A stretch of 64,000 nucleotides of DNA from Bdellovibrionota bacterium (GTDB lineage Bacteria > Bdellovibrionota > FAC87 > UBA2466 > JACKAF01): positions 32,723 to 96,722 of the forward strand of contig JBGSIC010000018.1 in NCBI GenBank assembly GCA_041751875.1, written 5' to 3'. This document shows, piece by piece, positions 1-9,275 of this stretch (position 1 is its first letter; every line of letters starts with the position of its first letter). The notes below the pieces were generated by a model. That model was not told where the DNA came from. It saw nothing but the letters and a program-made list of their open reading frames with translations, and did no database searches. Position numbers and translations under genes: made by a program.

Positions 1-143
1 AAAAGCAGTCTATCAGCTTTTTGTTAGTCCTCATTTTTGGGAAAAAACGAAGCACGGGATAAGCCGAGTCGGAGTGGAGGAAAGGCAATCGATACTGAGA
101 AGCCTTAAATACCTTCGGCCTAAACTAAAGAAGAGTCTTCAGA

Positions 144-986
144 ATGGGGAAAGCAAACCAACTGATGACCTACCAACGGAGAAAAAGGTTGGCTAAACAT
201 TTGGGCATGGTGGTGGTGTTATTTCTAGTAAGCCTTAATTCCTTTGCGTCTGCTTGGGCAAGAGGGAAGGGGCGTTTCCTTTTTGTTAATTCAGCTTCGC
301 GGGAGCAATCGTCCTTCAACTTTGATTCCGAAGGAGAAGTAGTTCCCACTAGGCGATTCGTAAAGTTTGATATCTCTTCATACGGAGAATTAGGACTTTC
401 CGATAAGGTCACCGCTGGTTATCGGTTAACCGTTCAGTCAAGTATCCTCAGCGTAAATGGAGTTGATCAAGTTAACACGCGTGTTACCGACGGCGATTTT
501 TTTGGGCGTTACACCCTATTTACGAATGAAGGGTCTTCGTTTTCCACACAGTTTCTTTCTCGCATTCCGATCAAGCCCGGCACAACGTTGCCTCCTGAAG
601 TGCAGGACAGTGAGCTGCACTTGGAGTGGCGGGTTCAGTACGGGAAAGATCTACGCGAGTGGGGACTTCCTGTGTTTGTCGAATTGGAACCAGGATACCG
701 AGCTAAGCTGGGTAACCTGACAGACCAGGTCGTGTTTGATGTTACGTTAGGTGTGTCCCTCCACAAGCGTTGGACCGTGTTGCTTAAGACGTTCAACAAT
801 ATTCCAGTGGGAGAGAGCTTGGTGACTAATGATTTCGGTCGTACCGACTTACAAGCTTCAGTAGTTTGGAATGTGGGAGAAACCGCATCGGTCCAGGTGG
901 GTTCTACGCGTCGATTGACTGGGCGAAACATCAACCAGGGACTGGGATTTTTTGTGGGGATATGGGGCAATGTTTCGGCATTCTAA
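144..986 (+). CDS. putative outer-membrane beta-barrel protein (hypothetical)
   Basis: ORF track, 280 aa. Basic N-region then hydrophobic segment VVVLFLVSLNSFASAWA. Alternating amphipathic pattern, and C-terminus ...GNVSAF ends in Phe as in OMP C-terminal signatures. True start may be Met at 165 or 207. Confidence 0.45.
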   Translation: MGKANQLMTYQRRKRLAKHLGMVVVLFLVSLNSFASAWARGKGRFLFVNSASREQSSFNFDSEGEVVPTRRFVKFDISSYGELGLSDKVTAGYRLTVQSSILSVNGVDQVNTRVTDGDFFGRYTLFTNEGSSFSTQFLSRIPIKPGTTLPPEVQDSELHLEWRVQYGKDLREWGLPVFVELEPGYRAKLGNLTDQVVFDVTLGVSLHKRWTVLLKTFNNIPVGESLVTNDFGRTDLQASVVWNVGETASVQVGSTRRLTGRNINQGLGFFVGIWGNVSAF

Positions 987-1017
987 AGTCATCATCCCAC
1001 TTTAAAAAGGGCTCAAC

Positions 1018-2493
1018 TTGAAGATTTGCCTTTCCATCATTCTGCTAGCTTGGTGCGTGATGCCCCAGCTTTGTTTCGCAGAACCATCGGGTTTTCTCGG
1101 AACGCCGGATGAATTCGTGGAGGGTGAAGACTCCGATCCGAATGATTCGATTGAAAACCGGCCATCTGAAAAGCTGTTTATGCTTCCCGCGCGCGAGTTC
1201 ATTGAATGGGCCACTTTGGATCCGGTGCCCAAAAGTATTTTTATATTGAGTAAAACAACAGCCCAGAAGCTTTTTTACAATTCGCAAGGAAGACTATTCA
1301 TTGTACTTCGGGGAAAGGTCCGAAAGGGTTACAAGGTTCTGTTCGGGATGACAAAGCTAAGCGGAGATGAAAACCAAAAGTTCGAAAAACAGTTCGATCT
1401 CCCTCCAAAGTCAGGTGCGATTGCCGTGACTGTGACAAGTCCCGCGGGACAAGTAAGCTCCTATCAGTATTGGTTCGCTTGGAAGAAAATTCCCAAGCAG
1501 GTCGGAGTTCGGGTAAGGGATGACTCGGGAGCTGTTACTGAGCTAAGTCGAGGTTCACGGATATCGGTAGCACCGCATAACTTTGTTCAGCTATACAGAG
1601 GGCGTAGGCCGACGCGGAAGCTTAAAGGAGAGAGTGCGCCGCTAACCTTTCGTATCTTATCTTCCAATGTGCCGGAGAACGCTCGATGGAAGCTTGTGAT
1701 ATCGGATGCAGAAAAAAAAGTCATCGGTGAGGTGAGCGGCGGCGGAGTTCCACCGAGCCAAATTGAGTGGGCCTCTTTAAACACTTCGATCGAAAAACAA
1801 GGAGAATACTTTTACACTCTCAAGATTGATACGGGAGATGCCACCTACGAGGGGTATCAAAGCAGCTTTGAGCTGATCGTACCCGAAAGAGGGAGAAAAA
1901 ATCCCGAGATGGCAGGTATCACTACGCGCTTTCTCGCTGGTTTGAGTCCCGTGTCGCTAGGTGGGCTTGACACTCAAATTAATGTCAGTGGGGCAACACT
2001 CGCCAAGTACTATGCACTGGAAACCTCTGTTTCTGCTTTCAGTCAGCTCAGTCTCTTGCTACGGATTGAATTTGTCTCTAATAGGCAATCTGTCAGTAAT
2101 CTCTTGGCTTCGGAAAATTACGGTCTTAGCTATTCCGCTCTTCCGGTCTCATTGGGTGCAACCTGGCACGTTCCGCTGTCAGGGAGTCGCCTGTTTTTAG
2201 ATTTTGATGCATTTGCCGGGGTCAGCTGGATGACTCAACTCTCGCTGACTCGAGAAATTCCTAGCCTAGCGACTGCGGAAGTAGCTCAGCATGCGTTCTT
2301 TTTTGGCGGGAAGGCTAAGTTGGGTTGCCGCGTTTCATCCTCTTTAAGCTTTTACCTTGAGGGTGGATTCCGTTTCATGAGTATTCGGGAAGAAGATCCT
2401 CAGGTCACTGGAGCACCTTTGCTCTTATCTTCGACAAAAATCAATCTAGGGGGACTGTTTATGGGATTGGGGGTAGGGATAGCTCTGTTCTAA
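1018..2493 (+). CDS. secreted / outer-membrane hypothetical protein (TTG start)
   Basis: 491 aa. N-terminal signal peptide MKICLSIILLAWCVMPQLCFA. C-terminal ...GVGIALF ends in Phe (beta-barrel signature). No recognizable catalytic motif. Confidence 0.45.
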   Translation: MKICLSIILLAWCVMPQLCFAEPSGFLGTPDEFVEGEDSDPNDSIENRPSEKLFMLPAREFIEWATLDPVPKSIFILSKTTAQKLFYNSQGRLFIVLRGKVRKGYKVLFGMTKLSGDENQKFEKQFDLPPKSGAIAVTVTSPAGQVSSYQYWFAWKKIPKQVGVRVRDDSGAVTELSRGSRISVAPHNFVQLYRGRRPTRKLKGESAPLTFRILSSNVPENARWKLVISDAEKKVIGEVSGGGVPPSQIEWASLNTSIEKQGEYFYTLKIDTGDATYEGYQSSFELIVPERGRKNPEMAGITTRFLAGLSPVSLGGLDTQINVSGATLAKYYALETSVSAFSQLSLLLRIEFVSNRQSVSNLLASENYGLSYSALPVSLGATWHVPLSGSRLFLDFDAFAGVSWMTQLSLTREIPSLATAEVAQHAFFFGGKAKLGCRVSSSLSFYLEGGFRFMSIREEDPQVTGAPLLLSSTKINLGGLFMGLGVGIALF

Positions 2494-2653
2494 ACCTGAC
2501 CTCTATATACGCGGCACCTCGCACTAACCAAATGACAATCGTCTTCCGCACACCCTTCGGCGGTCTTATCGACGAGGTGAATTTGTGGAAGCGAGCCCTT
2601 ACGCCCCGCGGAAACAGCGGAGATTTTCACCAGTCCGACAAATCTTCCCTAAC

Positions 2654-3376
2654 TCAGCTGCCCAAGTGGCGGTCAATCACGCGCGAAAACTCAGCCGCAG
2701 GATAAGCTCCTTTTAGAGGCACACCATTTACAATAAAAGAAGGAGTGCCGCGGAAATCAAACTTCGTGGCCTCTGCCATGTCTTTGGCGATCTTATCCTT
2801 CACCTTCGGTGACGCGAGGTCTTTTTGGACTTGATCCATTTTCGCGCCGACCTTCTGTGCTTCCTGCTTTAAAAAACTTTCTCCCTCGGCAGTCAGCTTC
2901 GTTTGGCCTTCGAAAACCGCATCATGGAACTTCATCGCCTTTTCTTTGCTCTGAAGCGCGATGGCTTCGAAGTATTGAGCCGCGATCATGGCATGGGGGT
3001 GAAATTCGAGTGGCAGATGCTTTACCGTAACACGCAACTTGTTGCCGTATTTATCCATGAGTTCTTTCATGGTTCTGGCCCCGTTGGAGCAATAGGGGCA
3101 CTGGAAATCAGTGTACTCCACAATGGTGACTTTCGCGTTCGCAGGACCGCGAAAGCTTTGTTCGCCGCTGAGATCGGGTTTTAAGGGGTTCTTGAAATAG
3201 GTTTCGCGCTCTTCTTCCATCGCGATTTGGCGGCGTCGTTCGAGCTCCTGTTGCGCCTTAAACTGTTCGAGCAAGTTGTTTTGGGCGTCCAACGCATTTT
3301 TCTTTTTGTCTCCCGTGCATCCGCTTAAGAGAGCGAGAAAAATTACCCATGCGACTGCGCTTCCAAAACTTTTCAT
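2654..3376 (-). CDS. DsbA-family thiol:disulfide oxidoreductase lipoprotein
   Basis: Thioredoxin-fold motif FQCPYC and lipobox LLSGC. ATG at 3376 is preceded by AGGGGA, whereas the track start at 3397 is TTG. Confidence 0.7.
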   Translation of the reverse strand: MKSFGSAVAWVIFLALLSGCTGDKKKNALDAQNNLLEQFKAQQELERRRQIAMEEERETYFKNPLKPDLSGEQSFRGPANAKVTIVEYTDFQCPYCSNGARTMKELMDKYGNKLRVTVKHLPLEFHPHAMIAAQYFEAIALQSKEKAMKFHDAVFEGQTKLTAEGESFLKQEAQKVGAKMDQVQKDLASPKVKDKIAKDMAEATKFDFRGTPSFIVNGVPLKGAYPAAEFSRVIDRHLGS

Positions 3377-3668
3377 GAATTCCCCTTGAAGGTTCAACCT
3401 ACGAACGATTCATCGTACCCAAGCCAGCAGGGCCAAGCAAGAAGCGCTCGTAATGCGAAGCGTTAGGCGCCTTCGGATTTCGCGGAAAAGTATGCTATAG
3501 TATCGCCTTTAGAGCTAAGTCATTGGTTTGCTTGTTGATCACATTCTGCGCTGCCGAGCCTCTACTCATAGAAGCTATTCCGGCTGTTGAAAATTCTGCT
3601 GACGGTGAACCTCCGTCTGCCCTGGCTACATCACCGCACCCAAATTGCTTTTCTTATACTGAGGCCCC

Positions 3669-4943
3669 ATGACCCCGATTGTCCTTTTTTCCATCGTGTG
3701 CATTTGTGTTTTGGTCGCTGCCTTTTTCTCCGCGGCAGAAACGGCGCTTCTTCGGCTTCGTTCCGATGAAATCGACTCGGACATCAAAACGGCCAGCGGT
3801 CCTGGTGCGGTTGCCGCCCGAAACCTACTGAGCTCCACGTCCCGCCTCTTGGTTACTATTCTCTTGGGAAACAATATTGTTAACAGCCTGGGGGCGGCCT
3901 GTGCGTCGGCTTTGGCTATCTACTATTTAGGCGAAACCAACGGCATCTTGGTCGCCACGGTTGTCATGACCCTGGTGATGTTTCTTTTTGCCGAAGTGTT
4001 ACCCAAAGCTGTTGCCGCAAGCAGCCCAAAGCCAGTGGCTTACATGGTTTCTTTACCCCTCTACCTTTTTCACCATTCCTTATTTTTCGTGCACATTCTG
4101 TTCGACAAGCTCGTGGATCCCATCGTGAAACGCTTGGTGGGAACGGGAAACCCGGCGATTGATTCCTCCGAAGAAGTGTTGCGCATGGCTCGTCGCTTGC
4201 GTGATGACGGAGCGGAAGGAACGCCGGCGGCGATCATTGCCGCCACTGCCGGAGCCGCGGATATGAACGTCGGCGAGATCATGATTCCGCGCACAGAAAT
4301 TGTGGCCTTTTCAGATAAAACGCCGGTCGATGAGCTTCTTGACCGTTTGGTCGAAGAAGCCCACACGCGCGCACCCATTTATGAGGATACACTCGACAAC
4401 ATTTTAGGCATTGTGCACATCAAGGATTTGATTGCGATGGTGCGCGCGAAGAAAACAGACCTACGACGGATTCTTAAACCTGTGCTCCGCGTTCCCGAAC
4501 GCAAACCTATTTTGCGCCTCCTTGAAGATATGCAGCATGCCTTTTGTCACATGGCTTTAGTGAAAGACGAGTTCGGCGTGACGTTGGGCTTGATCACCCA
4601 AGAAGATATTTTGGAAGAAATTGTCGGTGAAATTCGTGACGAGTTTGACAAAGAAGAACTCGAAACCATTCAGCAGCGGGAAGACGGCAGCTACGAAGTG
4701 CTCGGTCGCGTTTCTGTTTTGGATTTCAACCGCGAAACCGGGATGGAAATTGAAGCCGAAAAAGGCGACACCCTAAGTGGACTCGTTTTCAACCGTTTAG
4801 GCCGCGCTCCGCGACCGCGTGATGAAGTGAGAGTGGGCGATTACGTGCTCTCTGTTGCCCGCATGGCTGGTACCCGAATTGCCTGGGTGAAGGTAAGTAA
4901 GGATTCGCACGAGGGGCGCGACGAAACTAGCGAAACGGCCTAG
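3669..4943 (+). CDS. CNNM/TlyC/CorC-family membrane protein (DUF21 TM domain + CBS pair + CorC_HlyC)
   Basis: 424 aa. N-terminal multi-TM region, then a CBS pair (IMIPRTEIVAF...), then a C-terminal CorC/HlyC-type domain (TLSGLVFNRLGRAPRPRDEV). Confidence 0.8.
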   Translation: MTPIVLFSIVCICVLVAAFFSAAETALLRLRSDEIDSDIKTASGPGAVAARNLLSSTSRLLVTILLGNNIVNSLGAACASALAIYYLGETNGILVATVVMTLVMFLFAEVLPKAVAASSPKPVAYMVSLPLYLFHHSLFFVHILFDKLVDPIVKRLVGTGNPAIDSSEEVLRMARRLRDDGAEGTPAAIIAATAGAADMNVGEIMIPRTEIVAFSDKTPVDELLDRLVEEAHTRAPIYEDTLDNILGIVHIKDLIAMVRAKKTDLRRILKPVLRVPERKPILRLLEDMQHAFCHMALVKDEFGVTLGLITQEDILEEIVGEIRDEFDKEELETIQQREDGSYEVLGRVSVLDFNRETGMEIEAEKGDTLSGLVFNRLGRAPRPRDEVRVGDYVLSVARMAGTRIAWVKVSKDSHEGRDETSETA

Positions 4944-5941
4944 TTCGAAATGATTTTGGGCTGCTTTCGCAGCAAATACACAAAAGCCGGAACAATCAGA
5001 CAAGACCCTACCGCAAGCGCAATGAGCATTTGTTTTAGCGTCGCAGCAGGCGCGGCCAACTCGTAAAACGTGTAGGGCCTATCGGTCATAAACAACAAGA
5101 CCGGGAACTGCGCGCAAAACCAACCCGCTAAAATAAAAAAGATCTGCATTCCCGCCAGGACTCGCAAGTGCCAAGCGCGACGTTGTTTGAGAAAGAGCCA
5201 TAGCGGTACGAGGGTAAGAGACGCTAGCGCGAAGCAAACAATACTCCACGGTTCTGTGAAGAAACGATGGACCAAGACGATACCCGAGTACTCCCCGACC
5301 AGGAAAATAGCGCCACCGAGGACAATAGCCACTAGATTTGCGTAACGCGCTTGTTTTACACAGAGGCCTCTTAATTTCTCATTCTCTGTTTCGCCAACCA
5401 AGTAGACTGCTGCCAAGAAAGTAAAAAGCGCGCAAAGGAAAAAGCCCACCAAGAAAGAAAAGAGATTGAGCCAGTTTGCGATGTAGCCTTCAAAAAAAGA
5501 ACTCGGGCTGGGTTCAATTTGTCCACGAATGAGACCAGCTGCGACGACGCCCAAGAAAAAGGGGGTAAGTAAACTTGCCACTTCAAATGCCCGCCAATAG
5601 TAGCTGCCGTAATCCGGGAAAGCGTCGTAGTGCCGAAAAGTAAAAGAGCAACCCCGGAAAATAATGCCAAGAAGCATCAGCGTGAGTGGCACATGAAACG
5701 TGATACTCATCTGCGCGTAAGCTTTGGGAAAGGCGGTAAACAGGATGACGATGGCGAGGATGAGCCACACGTGATTGGCTTCCCAAACCGGCCCCATGAC
5801 TTTGGTGACGAGCTTTCGCTGGGCACTTTTGAGTTCAGACGGGGTGAAGAGGCTTAGAATGCCGGCACCGAAATCTGCCCCACCAAAAAGGCAGTACAAG
5901 CACAGCGCAAGGAGCAGAATGATCAAAATCGTTTCAACCAT
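4940..5941 (-). CDS. cydB: cytochrome bd ubiquinol oxidase subunit II
   Basis: 333-aa polytopic protein beginning MVETILIILLLALCLYCLFGGADFGAGIL (CydB signature). Overlaps cydA by 8 nt in operon arrangement. Confidence 0.85.
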   Translation of the reverse strand: MVETILIILLLALCLYCLFGGADFGAGILSLFTPSELKSAQRKLVTKVMGPVWEANHVWLILAIVILFTAFPKAYAQMSITFHVPLTLMLLGIIFRGCSFTFRHYDAFPDYGSYYWRAFEVASLLTPFFLGVVAAGLIRGQIEPSPSSFFEGYIANWLNLFSFLVGFFLCALFTFLAAVYLVGETENEKLRGLCVKQARYANLVAIVLGGAIFLVGEYSGIVLVHRFFTEPWSIVCFALASLTLVPLWLFLKQRRAWHLRVLAGMQIFFILAGWFCAQFPVLLFMTDRPYTFYELAAPAATLKQMLIALAVGSCLIVPAFVYLLRKQPKIISN

Positions 5942-7214
5942 GCTGCGGCTCTTTTTCTAGTGCTTGAATTTGGCGAACCAGGAGCCAGGAAACCAGCACC
6001 CAAAGAAACAGGTAGAGCAAAGTGAACAGTAAAAAAGGCACTTGAAGGCCGGGCATGGGAGTCAGAGCATCCTTGGTGCGCATGATGCCATAAATGATCC
6101 AAGGCTGTCTTCCGACTTCCGTCACGATCCAGCCCAGTTCTGTAGCGATAAAGCCCAGAGGAATGGACAAAACAAAAAGTTTTCGTAGAAACGTCTGTCG
6201 GGATAGGTCGAAATTGTTCCGGAACCGTAAGAAGAAATAGAGAAGGCCTAGAAAAGCCAGCCACATTCCCAACAGAATCATTCCCTGGAAACTAAAGTGC
6301 ACGATGCCAATGGGAGGCCGATTTTCCTTCGGAAAGGCCTCGTATCCTTTTACTTCGGCGTCAAATCGACCATAAGCGAGGAAACTCAAAAGTCCCGGTA
6401 TCTGAACGGGCCCCAGAGTGAGAGGTGCATGCGTTTGGGTTTGCGCGAGTCCCTCCATTGCTGCGAGTTTGAGCGGCTGATATCGGGCCACTTCTTTGGC
6501 CGCAAAATCCCCGGTAAGAGGCTGAATCAAAGCGGCTACGCCACCGAACACGAGAGCAATGCGTACCGCCTTTTCATGAAAGCTCTTTAGGTGCGGTTGC
6601 TTAATAAGAAGCCACGCATGAATCCCCGCGACGGCGAAACCGGTGGCCTCAAAGGCGGCTACGACCATATGAATTCCCTGATGAAGCGCGGAGGGATTAA
6701 ACATCGCTTTAATGGGATCAATTTCAGTGAATTGACCGTTCGCCCAAACAAACCCGGTAGGGGTGTTCATCCAGCCGTTTGCGCAAATGACAAAGAATGC
6801 CGACATGACGCCGGAAATACCGACGACAAGCCCGCATACCCAGTGTGCTTTCTCTGGCAAGCGATCCCAGCCGTAGAGAAAAAGCCCCAGCGCAATGGCC
6901 TCCAGAAAAAAGGCCGTTCCTTCCCAGGAGAAGGGCATACCAATCAAGGGGCCGGCGTGTTCCATAAAGGTAGGCCAGAGAAGGCCTAGTTCGAAGGAAA
7001 GGGCCGTTCCGGAAACCGCTCCGGTGGCAAAAAAGATAGCGACACCTTTTGCCCAGCTCTGAGTGAGTTTTTTGTACTGCGGATCGCGCGTTTTAAGCCA
7101 GCGGGCGTGCGCTACGGCCATCAGAAAGGGCATCGCAATACCGATCGAAGCAAAGATGATGTGGAAGCCCAAAGAGACTGCCATTTGCGTTCGGGCGGCG
7201 AGAAGGTCCGTCAT
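5934..7214 (-). CDS. cydA: cytochrome bd ubiquinol oxidase subunit I
   Basis: N-terminus MTDLLAARTQMAVSLGFHIIFASIGIAMPFLMAV parallels E. coli CydA [28 protein letters not shown]. Contains the conserved GRQPW Q-loop motif. ATG at 7214 is preferred over the upstream GTG at 7472 of the track ORF. Confidence 0.85.
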   Translation of the reverse strand: MTDLLAARTQMAVSLGFHIIFASIGIAMPFLMAVAHARWLKTRDPQYKKLTQSWAKGVAIFFATGAVSGTALSFELGLLWPTFMEHAGPLIGMPFSWEGTAFFLEAIALGLFLYGWDRLPEKAHWVCGLVVGISGVMSAFFVICANGWMNTPTGFVWANGQFTEIDPIKAMFNPSALHQGIHMVVAAFEATGFAVAGIHAWLLIKQPHLKSFHEKAVRIALVFGGVAALIQPLTGDFAAKEVARYQPLKLAAMEGLAQTQTHAPLTLGPVQIPGLLSFLAYGRFDAEVKGYEAFPKENRPPIGIVHFSFQGMILLGMWLAFLGLLYFFLRFRNNFDLSRQTFLRKLFVLSIPLGFIATELGWIVTEVGRQPWIIYGIMRTKDALTPMPGLQVPFLLFTLLYLFLWVLVSWLLVRQIQALEKEPQHG

Positions 7215-7437
7215 GCCCGCAGCATAGTACAAGCAAACTAATAGAGAAAGGAGAGAAAGGTGCCCATCTACTTCCCGGCCGGATAAGTTGCGTATACTTT
7301 TAGGACGCCCGCTACCTTTAGCCTGCGGCTCGTCTCGCTCTGACTGACCACGCCGATAAAGCGTAGTTGTTCGCGAGGTTCCGGCAGGGAAGTAGGTGGG
7401 TTCCCTTGCAGGGGGATTTGGCATTTTTGGAGATGAA

Positions 7438-7905
7438 ATGAAATATTGGTTAATGAAATCTGAGCCGACCACGTTTTCTTACGATGACCTTTTGAAAGCG
7501 CCGAAAAAGACTACTGCTTGGGAAGGCGTGAGAAACTACCAAGCCCGAAATCTCATGCGCGATGAACTGAAAAAGGGGGACCAGGTCCTTTTTTATCACA
7601 GCAACTGCGATGAGCCCTCCGTGATGGGAACGGCGGAAGTGGTGAAAGAAGCTTACCCGGATCCTTTCGCATGGGACGCAAAGAGCAAGTACTACGACTC
7701 AGACGCAAAAAAGAAAGGCACCAATCCCTGGGTGCTCGTTGAAATAAAGGCGAAAACAAAGTTCGAGCGACCGGTCACCCGCCATATGCTCAAAGCGGAA
7801 AAGGCATTGGCGAAAATGATGGTGCTTAAAAAGGGATCGCGTCTTTCGGTACAGCCAGTGACCGAGGCGGAATTCGAGGCTGTTTTGAAGCTAGGAAGGG
7901 CCTGA
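7438..7905 (+). CDS. EVE (PUA-like) domain protein
   Basis: MKYWLMKSEPTTFSYDDL...VLFYHSN matches the EVE/thymocyte-nuclear-protein-like family pattern. ATG at 7438 is in frame within track ORF 7396..7905. Confidence 0.7.
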   Translation: MKYWLMKSEPTTFSYDDLLKAPKKTTAWEGVRNYQARNLMRDELKKGDQVLFYHSNCDEPSVMGTAEVVKEAYPDPFAWDAKSKYYDSDAKKKGTNPWVLVEIKAKTKFERPVTRHMLKAEKALAKMMVLKKGSRLSVQPVTEAEFEAVLKLGRA

Positions 7906-8022
7906 GTGCCCTCATTGTAAGTCATTGAAATAATAATGTATTACAAGTCGAGCGTGCTGCGATTTTGTGTTTAGAGCGCGTCGTGTTAAAACGTAGCCCG
8001 ATTTATTAACCCAAGAAAACAA

Positions 8023-9264
8023 ATGTCACCTTTTGAAATTCGAAACAACGAATACCACTGCGAAGGCGTGCCTCTTTCCAAAATTGCTCGCGAGCAGGGA
8101 ACCCCTGTTTATGTCTACTCGCGCACGGCACTGGCGGAACGCTGCAACCTGATAAAAGAAGCTTTTAAGGGGCGCGACTTTTTGCCTTGTTACGCTGTTA
8201 AAGCGAACTGCAACTTATCTGTTTTGCGCGAAATTGCTTTGCACGGTTTTGGGGCGGATGTCGTCTCCGTGGGGGAAATGGAACGCGCACTGAACGCGGG
8301 TATTCCCGCTTCCCAGGTTGTGTTTTCTGGAGTGGGGAAAACCGCGAGTGAAATTGAACGCGCTCTACACGCGGGTATTTTGTCTTTCAATGTCGAGTCG
8401 GTGGAAGAACTAAAGCAAATTGGCAAGCTTGCTCAAAAGTTAAAAAAACGCGCGCCCATAGCGTTTCGGGTAAACCCCAATGTTGATGCGCAGACCAATC
8501 CTTACATTGCCACCGGGCTCTACTCCACAAAGTTTGGGATTGCGGTCGAGGATGTGGACGCTTTTCTCGACGTCATTAGAAGCTATGAGGAACTCGAGCT
8601 GGTGGGGCTTTCTTGTCACATCGGCAGTCAAATCACCGGTCTGGGGCCCTTCCGTGAAGCGGCGGCAAGTATGCGCGAGCTTTGCGAACAAGTTCAGGCC
8701 AAAGGTTTTAAGTTGAAGTTTTTGGATATGGGAGGCGGCCTGGGCATTCGTTACGACCAAGAAGAGCCACCCAGCATGGCGGCCTACGCTGAAGCGCTTC
8801 TCTCCGAAGTGGGTGACTTGGGTTTAAAGATTCTCATCGAACCCGGTCGTTCTATCGTCGGTAATATCGGTGTGTTGGTGACAGAAGTGCAGTACATTAA
8901 AACGACTCCGGCCAAAACCTTTGTGATCGTGGACGCGGCGATGAATGATTTGTTGCGCCCCAGTCTATATAAGTCCTTTCACGGAATTGAACCGGTGAAA
9001 GCTGTGAAAAATGCGGCCACCGAGACAGTCGATGTCGTGGGTCCTATTTGCGAGAGCAGTGATTTCTTGGCCAAGGATCGCCCGCTTCCTGCCGTAGTTT
9101 CCGGAGACCTTTTGATGGTCCGTTCTTGCGGTGCTTACGCCTCTTCGATGGCGTCAAATTACAACTCCCGGCCTCGCGCTCCCGAAGTGCTCGTGACCGG
9201 GGAGGACTACCGAGTCGTCCGCACACGCGAACATATTTCTGATCTGTGGAAGCGGGAGATCTAG
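8023..9264 (+). CDS. lysA: diaminopimelate decarboxylase
   Basis: 413 aa, fold-type III PLP decarboxylase. The YAVKAN motif and EPGRSIVGN match LysA signatures. Confidence 0.9.
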   Translation: MSPFEIRNNEYHCEGVPLSKIAREQGTPVYVYSRTALAERCNLIKEAFKGRDFLPCYAVKANCNLSVLREIALHGFGADVVSVGEMERALNAGIPASQVVFSGVGKTASEIERALHAGILSFNVESVEELKQIGKLAQKLKKRAPIAFRVNPNVDAQTNPYIATGLYSTKFGIAVEDVDAFLDVIRSYEELELVGLSCHIGSQITGLGPFREAAASMRELCEQVQAKGFKLKFLDMGGGLGIRYDQEEPPSMAAYAEALLSEVGDLGLKILIEPGRSIVGNIGVLVTEVQYIKTTPAKTFVIVDAAMNDLLRPSLYKSFHGIEPVKAVKNAATETVDVVGPICESSDFLAKDRPLPAVVSGDLLMVRSCGAYASSMASNYNSRPRAPEVLVTGEDYRVVRTREHISDLWKREI

Positions 9265-9275
9265 TGTTTCCGGGA

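Noticed and set aside
4070-4378. Numerous antisense or shadow ORFs in the track (e.g. 4070-4378 -, 8440-8760 -, 14326-14968 -, 21096-22575 -, 55729-56514 -)
   Set aside because: Each lies entirely inside a longer ORF with clear family-level similarity on the opposite strand or another frame, and has biased low-complexity composition. Treated as non-coding frames.
7906-8022. Lysine riboswitch (L box) upstream of lysA-lysC
   Set aside because: The spacer is only 117 nt and lacks the conserved L-box helices and motifs. No support for a riboswitch.
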